Origin: Lama guanicoe
Lineage: Eukaryota
Assembly (NCBI GenBank): GCA_013239625.1
Contig: MU054132.1
Span: 992,001-1,056,000 of the forward strand
DNA length: 64,000 nt
Direction of reading: 5' to 3'
Shown here: positions 12,121 through 23,100 of the stretch, piece by piece
Layout: each line of letters starts with the position of its first letter
Numbering within the stretch: position 1 is the first letter of the stretch
Position numbers and translations under genes: made by a program
The notes under the pieces: generated by a model
What the model was told of the DNA's origin: nothing
What the model saw: only the letters and a program-made list of their open reading frames with translations
Databases searched by the model: none

Positions 12121-13949
12121 TTGCATATATATGAAAAAATGCAAGGTTCAACTTCTTTGTTTTCTTAAACTTAGTGGCCATATGTTACATACTTTTTGCT
12201 AGCTGCCTATTCACACCTAGTACCCATTTTTCTATTGATTCATGGGTTTTAAAAAGTTAATCTGTAAACTCTCCTTGCATATTAAATACATTAATTCCCT
12301 ACTTTAATTAAAACCATAGAACTTAAGGAATTTTTCATATTTAGAAAGAGACCCCAAAAAAACACCATTTCACACTAAAAGGAATTCTGTCTAGAGTAAA
12401 GAAATTTCAGAACTGAAATGGCCTTAAAAGTCATCCGATTGTTCTAAGAATCCTTACCCTATAGTACCTCTTGCCAATTGGTCCACTTCGACTTCAAAAA
12501 AAGCCCATAATGGGGAGTATTTAACACAAAGTAGATGAAAATCTATTTTGAAGTACCTATAAGATTTCCTTCATCTGGGGGAAAAAGGACACATTCAAAC
12601 TAGACAGCTAAACAGAGTTTGTGAATGGGACTATTTATGGACAATGTGGGCAGGTTTCCGGAAATCTGAGAAATACTGTGGGTGAGCAACAGTGGGAGTC
12701 AGAATCTCCTCCAGGCAGGTGGAGATAGTACCTTGGAGATGTGAGAGGTCCTAGATCCCACTTCTCCTGGCTGTTGACCCCATGACAGAAAACTATGTTC
12801 TTCTACTCTATCTTTTGTGGCTTGATGAGTTCTACTAGAGGATGTAAAATAAAACTGGTTTCCACCAATACTTCAACCCTAAAAAAACAAAGAAAAATAA
12901 TTCAAGTGGCATGAGTCCACAAGACAAGAATCTAACAGCGGGAAGCCATTATCAAAGGCCCCCTTGGAACACTTCTGTGGCATTGAGGACACAGATATAA
13001 CTCCAAGAGGCTGGTATTCTAGTTGGACGAGACAGATCATAAAAATACTTTAAGTGCTACCACACAGGGAAGAATAAACTGCTATAGAAGTTCAAAGTGG
13101 GGCCTTGAAGAATGAATAGGAAACTGTCTGAAGAAGTGGAGTTTCTAGACAGAGATGTTAGCAAAGAATGAAACCTACGTACTGGGCACTGTAAAATAAG
13201 ACAGTGGTAGGAAATGACTAGGAAACAAGAAGTGAAATACACAGGAGGGAAGGGGAGAAACACCAACAGACACTCACCTTGATATAAAATGCATCATTTC
13301 ATCAGCCTCACGAGATACAACCATTCATTAATAGTTCAAGGCTCAAGAATAAGGAAAAGACCTTCAGGGGCAAAACTAAAAACACAGAATGTGCAAAAGG
13401 GAAATGTTCCACTTGTGCCTCTTGCAGTGGTTCCTCTACTAGGAACACTTTATACATCCATTCCAGCATTTGTCACTTTTTGCTTCACACATTTTCATCT
13501 TTACTAGGCCCTAAGCCCCTTGAGGGAAGGGTTTTTGTATCCTCCACACCTGCTTAGCAATTGCTATATTATCAGTGTCTGTGCAGGGATCATTCCCCAC
13601 ACATCACAGCACCATGCCCTGCTCAAAATAGGTAATGATTTTTGAATGAGTGAATGGATGAAGTTTCACGCTCTGCTCCCTCACCCTTCTGTCCAATGTA
13701 GAAAAAGAAAATAATACATACTTGTTGAATGTAATTGGACAAAAATGACGGGCTATGGTACTAATTCTTCACATATTCTGAAAGGCCACAATTTAAAAGC
13801 ATATTCTAGGTCTTTCCAGCTATAAAATCCTGACCCGGCTTCAAAGCTACCCCTACTGAGTTCTCTCCTTTTGAAGTTGGATTCCACTGAACTCACGCAG
13901 GAGATTCATCTGGAGGACTGCCGCATAGAATAGGGACGATGCCCTTTAC

Positions 13950-15300
13950 TTCTGAGGCCAAGGGGCGGAGGGGGGGCGGGACCTCCAGACCCGCCCAGCA
14001 GCACTCTGACCTGCCGCCTCCCCGCGACCAGCAAGTGCCACCCTGTCCTTTCCCTAGCGTTGTGCCGTTTACAACGCGCCATCACGTTGATTTCATTCTC
14101 CTAACAGTCTCGAGAGGCAGGACTTCTCATCTGGGGAGATGGAGAAGAGAAGAGGCGCGGCAACGAGCCGTGGCGGGCAAAGCGGGTGGAAGCCCGGAGC
14201 CCGAGCTGGATTTCGTTTCCGTCTCAGCCCTGACCCGGCCTGTGTCCTCATTCGCAGCGGGAGGCACAGGGCCGGCCCTCAGAGGACGCGAGGCTCTCCC
14301 GCTCTCCTACTCCGGATGCTGAGGCGCTGCGAGAGGGGCGGCGGGACGCCCAGACCCGCTCCGTCCGCGCCCACAGAGCCGCCTGCGCGCCCACCCGCTT
14401 TGCGACCCTGCCGGAAGTCCCGCCTCGCTCGCCGCGGCCGTCCTCCATTGGGCCTGGCGCCAGGGTCTCGCCGCGGGTTGGCCGCCGGGCGGCGTGAGCT
14501 CTTGGCCGCCACTGTGGGCCCCAGGCAGGGGACCGCTCAAGACCCGAGAAGACGCGGGACCGAGCGCGAGGCGGGGCCGGGGGCGCGGGCCGGGGAGCGC
14601 CGGTGGCCGGAGGGACTTCCGTCACGGGACCCGGAAGGGCCCGCGCCGCCGCTGGTGGGAGTTGTAGTCCGGCCGTGGTTGGGGGGGGCCCGCGGCTCAT
14701 GCGCGGTGCACCGAGGCTTGTTTCACATCTGTAACAACAGGTGAATTGGGCTTTTTATTCTCCCCTTTCGTGCCCCCTTGAGGAGCTTGCCGTGGCCGGG
14801 GGTGGTCGGCGCGAGGAGGGGCCCGGGTCCGACCCCCGGCTTGGCGGAGAGTGGGGCGGAGAAGCGNNNNNNNNNNNNNNNNNNNNNNNNNNNNNNNNNN
14901 NNNNNNNNNNNNNNNNNNNNNNNNNNNNNNNNNNNNNNNNNNNNNNNNNNNNNNNNNNNNNNNNNNNNNNNNNNNNNNNNNNNNNNNNNNNNNNNNNNNN
15001 NNNNNNCCTCGTAGCCAGGGGCACCTCGGGGGCCGCGGGAGAGGCCGCTTCATTGGCGCAACGACGCCTCCGCCTCAGTGGATGCTCTGTTTCCCGAGGC
15101 AGGGCCTGGAGAAAGCCCCCGGAGTGCCCTGGGACCTTTGTCTGGCCCCGTGCCGCCTGGACCGTTCGTCCAAAGGGAGGCCTGGTGCATTCTGGCCCCC
15201 CTGGTTTGCCCCCTTTTGCACCTACCTTGTCACTGGGGGAGGCCAAGGGGTGAGGTGTTCTTTGTTTGCTGGTGGTGACTTGCCCCATTTCGCGGGGGAA
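13950..15300. promoter_or_regulatory. DHX30: CpG island / DHX30 upstream promoter
   Basis: CpG-dense. ETS/GABP sites CCGGAAGT (14411) and CCGGAAG (14631). ZNF143/THAP11-type ACTACAACTCCC on the minus strand at 14657-14668. Confidence 0.85.
14660..14740 (+). other. DHX30: DHX30 5'UTR exon 1 (start approximate)
   Basis: Lies in the CpG island and ends at donor CAG|GTGAAT (14740/14741). Confidence 0.7.
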
Positions 15301-16598
15301 GACCTAATGCATGTTGGGTCCTTTGTTTGCAGAGAACTGGAGTCCCAGGGGTCCTCAGAACCCTTGAGCCAGGAGTATGGCGTTAGCATGCAGTCTAGCT
15401 AGTCCTCGTGTAGCAACATTGCTCACCTTAATTGTGATTTTGCAAGGCAGAGATTGTCTCACTTTGCAACCTCCATCCACAGGGGCTTGTCCTACTCTGT
15501 AGCAGGTGGACTATAGATGACCAGTTGCAGATTCTCAACCTGATTTTGGTTGCAACTTACTGGCCGGAGTGAAATGAGACATTGTTTGATGGTTTCCCTT
15601 GCAGTTTCTTTGAAGGCAATAATCCCGCTGTCATTTGGGACTTGACTACATCTTATAACTTACACTTAAATCTTGGAGTCTTGGAATTTCCAGGAAGGAA
15701 GACTCTTTTTCTGATATAGTATTTGGTATTTATATAGTGCTCTTTGTGTAGCTGTTTCAGGTGCAGGAAATACATTCTTTGCTGCATTTTCTACCTGTGT
15801 AGGTTGTCCCTTTACCTCCAAAAGATAATTCGTCTCCAGTGTTTTAATTTATGGAATTGTTGTCCACAGTTTATCAATTGGACCTTCTTGCCCCTTTCAA
15901 CCTTTGAAGATCTCAGTATAAAATATTCTTTCAAAGAATGAACCATGGGATATCTAGGAACAGCATGATGTGAAAATAAGGAGTAATATAAGCATGGTAA
16001 CCTTTGGAGCCCAATACCTTAACTGCAGATTTGCATTCTGCCCTGAGGCAGTTAATAGTATCTTGGGCAAGTTGTGTAAATCTCTCTGGGGAAATCTGCG
16101 TCAGTTTTGCTCTCTGGAAGAGATATTTCCTACCTCATGGGGTATTTGCATAGATTGAGATAAAGTCTGTAGAAGTCCTGTGTAAACTATAATAATGATA
16201 CTTAATGTTTAGTCTTGTTGCTATCCCCATCTGGAAGAGCTTCTTTACCTATCTTAGATAGGTTCCTATTATAGTCATAGGGGAGTAGAACTCAGAATGG
16301 AAGCACGTTTTGCTCTGGGCTTGGAGAAAGTGCTTTCAGAACTACATGTCCCTCTTCACCACAGCATATCTTTCTTGGTATCTTATAGGCACTGATGTAG
16401 GGCAGCTCACAATTTGATGGGTCTTGAGTGGGTCACGGCAGGTCCTGAAGTGAGGCCAGTGTGTACAGTTGTATGTTTCATGCCACTAACAAAACTTGTC
16501 CTTGTTATTAGAGTTAGTAAATGAATTTCAGTGGTCCGGAGCAACTTTCTTTCCCTGCGGGGGCCATCACTTTAGTGACCCAGCATTGTACTTCCCAG

Positions 16599-16693
16599 GA
16601 GGAGGCCCAGCCTCGTGATGAGGAATAGCAAAGAGAGAATTCAACTCCAGTTAAAAAGCCTACAAAATCTGAGACTGTCATTGCTCTTGTAAG
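16599..16693 (+). other. DHX30: DHX30 5'UTR exon 2
   Basis: Acceptor cttcccAG| and donor AAG|GTGAGT; 95 nt. Confidence 0.7.
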
Positions 16694-18456
16694 GTGAGTT
16701 GACTTAGCCATGCACACAAAGTGGTGGTGGGTCTCATGCACAGCCACACTGTAAAGCAAAAGGCATGTATTAAATCCATTTGTGACTGTCTTGGAAGAAG
16801 GGTATAATTTTTAATTTGTCATTATGGACTCTTTCTGTCCTTGAATCATCTCATAGTAACTATATCTGGAGTTAAGTGGTGTTTCATTATGCAAGAAATC
16901 TTGACATAATATTATTTTACTTATCTCTGGATTTTTTAAGCAAAACACTGGACCATAAAAGTTTCCAACGTAATACTGTATAACAGGGAAGGTAGTTTTC
17001 TCTAAGGTCTCTGTGAAATGTGCTAGAGCTCTATAAAATATCTCTGAAAGACCCTATCTAGAATCTCATAGTATATTTTTAAAGAGTGATACAGGAAAAG
17101 ATAGTGTTATGTGAGCATTGGTTGGCATGGAGAGGATCAGGAACTTTTTAAAAGCAAAACCAGGAGTCTATTTATAGGCAAATTAGTGTACAATTTCTTA
17201 GCAAGAAAGTATTGTTTCTTAAATAATAATCACTTAGATGTTTTAGATTTTATAATACTAAAGCTTTCTTTAAAATCAGAATCTCAAATTATACCCTTTT
17301 CTTTTAATTTGGATAGAAGGAGTCTGTAGAATGTAACTTATTAAAGTAAATTGTATCATTGTTGATATTGTATTGAAGTTTTCTCTCTGAGCTACCATAT
17401 CCTATCGGCTGAAATTTCCGGCATCCCTGGGGGAGAGGAGGCCATCAGGGCAGACCTGCTATGGACCTGAAAGATTCGTCCCCAGGTCAGCCCTCCACCC
17501 CCGCCTCCCCACCATTTGAGAATTGAGAGGGAATAGCAGTCAGGAGCAAGAGTATAGGCCCCAGTAGACTTTTAGTAATGTTGGACTTTATCCCAATTTG
17601 CTAAAATATTGTGTAGATGTTTTTAAACTAAGACCACATAGGGTTACTGCACCAACCCAGGAGTACATCATTAAAAACATCTGTAAGTCTGAGTTTGAGT
17701 GTTTGTTAAAAACAAAACTTTTAAGCCAGAGGTGTTGCTTATTTGTGTATGTGTGTGTATATTTAAGTCTCTAGATAATATTCCTCAGTTAAGTGTACTA
17801 ATGAGCAGAATGCAGCAAAATTTTTGGCCAACAGCTGAACTTTAACTTAATATTTGTTATTTCATAGAGGTTCTGCCATGAAAAGCTTTTTATTTTGTTA
17901 ATTTTTTTTTTTTTGGTATGAAAAGCTTTTTATTTTGAATCACTCTACAGTTACTCTTTGATACTCTTAGTCAAGTCCCATTCCTAGGGGCTTGGCTAGG
18001 TTTTGTGAAAGCCCAGTACACCGGTTTGTCCATAAGATAGTCATCAGTCCCATATCCTGATGCCACCTGAGAACAGGGGTCCATGTAGAATTTCATTGCT
18101 TCCTACAAGTCCCAGGATAACTGCAAGTATTGTGCTGAGATGGATGTATATGTTTCTTATGATGAAATGCATCTCCTTCTGTTTAGCAGGGTTCAGGGAG
18201 TTTAGGACAGGGAAGAGAAGAAAGCTCTCAGTTAGAAACAAAGATATGTTGTTACTTTATGGTGGAGATGGCCCTTCCATCCTTAAGACTGGGAGCAGCC
18301 GTTGGGGCTCATTAGTGAAGAGCTTCATTTTTCTTGTCTTCCGGACAGTGCTCTCTGTGTTACTGAAGTCTTCTCTTTGAGTTCCTGGACCAAGAATATT
18401 AACCATTGCCTCTCCACCCTCCTTCTTAGGATTCCAGCTTTCCCTCCTGGCCAGAA

Positions 18457-18484
18457 ATGTTCAGCCTGGACTCATTCAGAAAAG
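18457..18484 (+). CDS. DHX30: DHX30 first coding exon of the upstream-promoter isoform (exon 18430-18484)
   Basis: ATG TTC AGC CTG GAC TCA TTC AGA AAA G|gtaaga = MFSLDSFRK, the recalled DHX30 N-terminus. Acceptor ccttcttAG at 18429. Confidence 0.9.
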
Positions 18485-19934
18485 GTAAGAATGTAACCGT
18501 GCTGTGACCTCAAGCCCTTCATCCCTGTGATAGGCAGCTGTGAAGGCTGTGAGACTCCCTTGCCAGTGTGTGGTGCCTGGACCCCCTCTTTGAGTGACTT
18601 TCCACAGTCCTTTCTCAGCCTTCCTCCTGCATGGTGCTTGTAGCCCCTTGTCGAGGTCTTTGTGTACCTTCGCCACCCCTCTCCCTGAATGCCCTCTCAT
18701 ACGTACTCACTGCTTATTGACATCCTATTATTTTTTTAGGCCAGGGTTTTACACCATTTCCTCCGAACCTTTCTTGATTCTATCAACCAAATACAATCTG
18801 TCTCCTTTCTGACTTCCTCAGCACCATATCTGTACTTTCTTGTGCTTAGTCCATCTGAATTACTCATTGCATCACTACATTAGAAACTCCCTGTTGTGCT
18901 CTTTTATCACCCATAGTACCTTGCACAGTATTTTGCACATGGTAGACCTCAGTAACAGCTGGTGGAAGTGAACTAAGTCATTGCTGTATTAGTGATCGGC
19001 AAAATTGTGGCACGTCTTGAAATCAGTGCTCTCCAGCAGATGTGGTGAGGGGATTGCATAAGCGGTAGCAGAATTGAGCCACGGCAGGGCTATAGGGGAG
19101 CGTTCAAGGGCTGCTTACAAGAAGTGATGCAGCTGGTGAAAACTTCAAGGGGCCAGATCCCGAAGGCTTTGATATCTTAGACAAGAGTGTGATTTTTCTC
19201 CTTGAAGGAAATAAAGCGTAAAAGGCCTGTCAGCTGTACTGAAGCTGACCGTGAGGCTCCTGTCTGAGCATATTTACAAATAAATGAGAACCATAGCAGG
19301 CCTCCTATGAGGATTAAAAAGATCCTCCCAGTTGTGTCTTCTCCAACTTATGTTCCCAGAGGCCTGGAAAATCTTCTGAATGGGCCATAAGGAGACTGGA
19401 TGTTCCAGGGCTCAGAGCAGCCTCTTCCTGCCTCCTTGTTTGTCTTCAGTCACTCTGTGTTTGGATTGCATGAAAACTTAATCTCCGTCATCCTCATTGT
19501 GTTTGTTAACTGTGTCTGAAAAGGGAATCATTGAACTTGAGATTAGTGTGGACAGCACATTTTGAGCTGAAAATTTAGTACGTTTAATTGCTTTTGTGTT
19601 TATCTACTCATCAGTGGGCTTTGTTGTACACCCACTCGTAAAAGTTTGGTGAAAATTGGTTCTCTCCTGGTGGGAGTGACTGAATTAACAGCACTGATTT
19701 CATAAAGAGATGGAGAGCCCAATAAAATTACAACCCTCCTTTTCCCATGTTGTTTTATGTGACAAGGAGATGGTACCAGGTGAGGGAGTTTCGGGACAAA
19801 ATTCCTTTCTAGCACTTGTGATTTTGCTTTCTAGGATGGAAATTAATTTGTTCAAGAGGCTTCCCTTCAGAGGTGACATTGTTAGCACTCAGCTTAATGG
19901 GAGACAGCAAACCCTCACTGAGCCAAAGCTCCAG

Positions 19935-20100
19935 ACCCACAGGGGGATTGGGCAGGTGACCGAGTCTCTCTGTGCCTCCTTCCTCACTATTTTAGTGGGC
20001 ATAGCATTGTTCCAAGGATCAGATGAGTTAATACATGTGAACAGCTTAGAACAGAGCCTGACACCTGGTAAATTCACAATCCATGGTATTAAGTAGCTTC
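19935..20100 (+). mobile_element. MIR SINE
   Basis: ttgggcaggtgaccgagtctctctgtgcctccttcctcact...gatgagttaatacatgtgaacagcttagaacagagcctgacac, a MIR core. Confidence 0.65.
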
Positions 20101-23100
20101 AAGACATAACAATCAGACATAGTCTGATTTGGGGCCTTGCTTTCCACACAGGTAAGTGCTGTATTCTTAACCAAGAACTGCTTTATACTTGAAGGTCTCA
20201 GGGAAACCCATTAATCTGAAAGAGTCACTGATTTAAGTATTTTACTTCAGGCAGACCTGTCTTTTCATGTCTGTAAGACTCAGTGCCTTCTCCTGTCTTC
20301 TGAATGCTGGTCTCACTTGTGGTTTGCATCATGACCTTGGCTATTGGTCATGTGTGGCCTTGTGACATTTTATTGGTGTATCGGACTTTTTTAATCACTT
20401 ACAGACTTTTTATGTGTTTCTTTGTTCCTCATGGTGAGATTATGAGCTCCCTAGGACATCATGAGTCTTGAGAGGAAACTTTAACTTGTTATAAAACTTG
20501 GGTCAACTGGCTAGAGTCTGAATCTGGTCCCCACTAATACTAGCAAGGTATTAACTTACCTTTTTTCCAGCCTCTGTCTTCAGGGTATGTATAGTCAAGG
20601 TTAGAGATGATACAGGAGAAGTACTTGGCTGTGGTCTGTCCCCAGTGCTTATCCATGGGTTGGCAGGCCCTTGATAAATGTGAGTATGTTGATCTATTTG
20701 GGGTACAGCCCTATAGCCCGTGTTTTGCTGGAGAGTGAAGGCCTGGCCTCAATGTGCAGTGTGCTCTGTGGCTCCAAGATTGAGCACCTACTGTGTATGA
20801 GCCACTAGGGTGGAGATAGTTATGTTTCAGAGATGCTTTCAGATACTCAGGGGTTTACAGTCTCAGTGGGATGGGCCATTTGATGGTTCTGAAGGTAATG
20901 ACCTGACAGTTCCCTGCAGCACTGTGGGTGGTGGCCCACTGGGTCTTGTGGCTACCATCTTTCCTATCATGTAATTAAACAGAGCTGCCAGCACCTCTCA
21001 GCTAGGATGCTTGTGTGCCTGTTGAGTTACCTGTTACTGTCTTTGCTAGCATCTTAACACAGGTTTCTTGTCTCCCAGCTATAATGCTGTGAGAATCAGG
21101 CCACAAAGAGCAAACTGAGTCTTTTACAATCAGCACAGAACTTTGAAAAACACTGTATCAGTGGCAAGAGTGCAATTTTCCTCCACTTCCAGTGGTTAGA
21201 AGAGGGCTCAGTGATGTTGTAGTGGGACTGTTACAACTTTCCCTCAATTACTGAAAATGCTTAATGAAATAATAAATAAATAATCATCAAATCATGTATT
21301 CTTTTTTTTTTAAGCCAGCATCCTTGGATATGAATGAGGACCTTCCTCAAACAGGAATGGAGAGGTTGAGCTGGTCAACCTTAGCTTCAAGGCAGAGCTG
21401 GAATTAATTCCAAGACAAACCTTGATCCTAGGCCCTTTGTTCCAGAAGACCCCACAGGCATTTGTACTGTAACACTCTATATGTTTTCTGCAAAGTCACA
21501 CACCTGTAATGTAACAAGAGGGCTTATGGGGAAAATAGAGTTGAGGCAATACAACTGCAACTTTATGGCCAGAGGATGACAAAAACTGTCATCGGTACCT
21601 GGGAAGATACTTTGGACCACTGAGGCAGGCAGCTCGGTGTGATGCTAAAAATGTGCACTGAACCTTCTAATGAGAACAGAGCTGGCAGTTGCTGAGACAG
21701 CGCAGGTGGAAGTGGAGCTCCGAGCCAGTGCAGCTGCTGTTAGGAGTTTGTGCAGCCGGGAGTGGGGGCAGGGGGACCTGAGTGCAAGTACCTGCTTTCC
21801 CCTCTGCATTTCATTTTGACAAATTTCCGAAATACTGCAATGTTGAAGAAACTGTGTGGCGAACACCATGTGTCTACCACCTCGATTCCCTACAGGCACT
21901 CGATTTTAATTTTCAGAAAATACAGCTCAAGGGGCTTCTGCTTTTTAGCTGAAGATTATCATTTTACTCCTGCTTTTCAGTTCCTTTGCTGTAGAAAAAT
22001 TAGATTTGAATTAAGGGTTCTTATGTTTTGTTGATATCACTCCCCTATTTCCCCATTGTACAGAAGCTGATTTGCATTATAGGAAAGGGCATCACTGTAG
22101 CAGAACAGGATGTTTCCAGGTATGTAGTGTGTGTGAGACTCTCACTCCATGCTCCTCTCCTGCCCCATTCTAACAAAAAGTGGGGCAAAGAGAGCAAAGA
22201 GTTTATGCACCTTTTCCCCTAGACCAGTGATTCTCTGGTGTTTTCACCATTTTGGTGGTTCTAAAGACTTTAAACTTTCCTTAGCCACACATTTTTACCT
22301 TCCCATGGGAAGACTCAGTGAGTGTCTTAATTTTAGTTCATGTATATCAAATTTTTGGAACTTCTTAAAAATGTCCTTATAGGTCACTGATAAGTAGTAT
22401 TTAGTCTCTGAATGAATGGAAATATTTGGAATGGAAAATCATTAACTTTTAGAAAGAGGGAGAAGGCTGGTAAGTGTGGCCTTGATATTGGCTTTTAAGG
22501 AGGACTGGCAGTCAGTTAGTTCCTCTCTGGCCCAGTTCTTGGAGAGAATAATTTGAGATCTGGTGGCTCATCCAGGGAACCCGTAGCAGACACAGGGATA
22601 ACTTCCATAGTGGAAGAACTTGGGATTTACATAGTACCCTGGGACCATAGAGACGTACTTGGGATGGCGTTTCACTCATGGAGGGTGGCTAAAAGAACAG
22701 GGAGAGGTTGAGGCTCTTCTGAGAGCCTCTCCGAGGTTATGATGTGTCACGTCTGTTTTTGTGTGGCGTTGGCGGCGCTGTTTCTCAGAACCTGTGATTG
22801 GCTCCAGAGACCATCCAGCAGCAGAGCTCCTCGCAGATCCTCTGGGGTGAGTCAGTCCAGGGGTCTGTAACTGTGAGGGGGGAGAACNNNNNNNNNNNNN
22901 NNNNNNNNNNNNNNNNNNNNNNNNNNNNNNNNNNNNNNNNNNNNNNNNNNNNNNNNNNNNNNNNNNNNNNNNNNNNNNNNNNNNNNNNNNNNNNNNNNNN
23001 NNNNNNNNNNNNNNNNNNNNNNNNNNNNNNNNNNNCAGCACCAACTTGGATCAGGGGCTGTGGGGAGGTGGATGGCAGCGGGAGCCCAGGTGCCAGGGCC

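Noticed and set aside
13939-15402. Cluster of overlapping ORFs at the DHX30 promoter
   Set aside because: CpG-island artefacts, several of them extended by an N gap.
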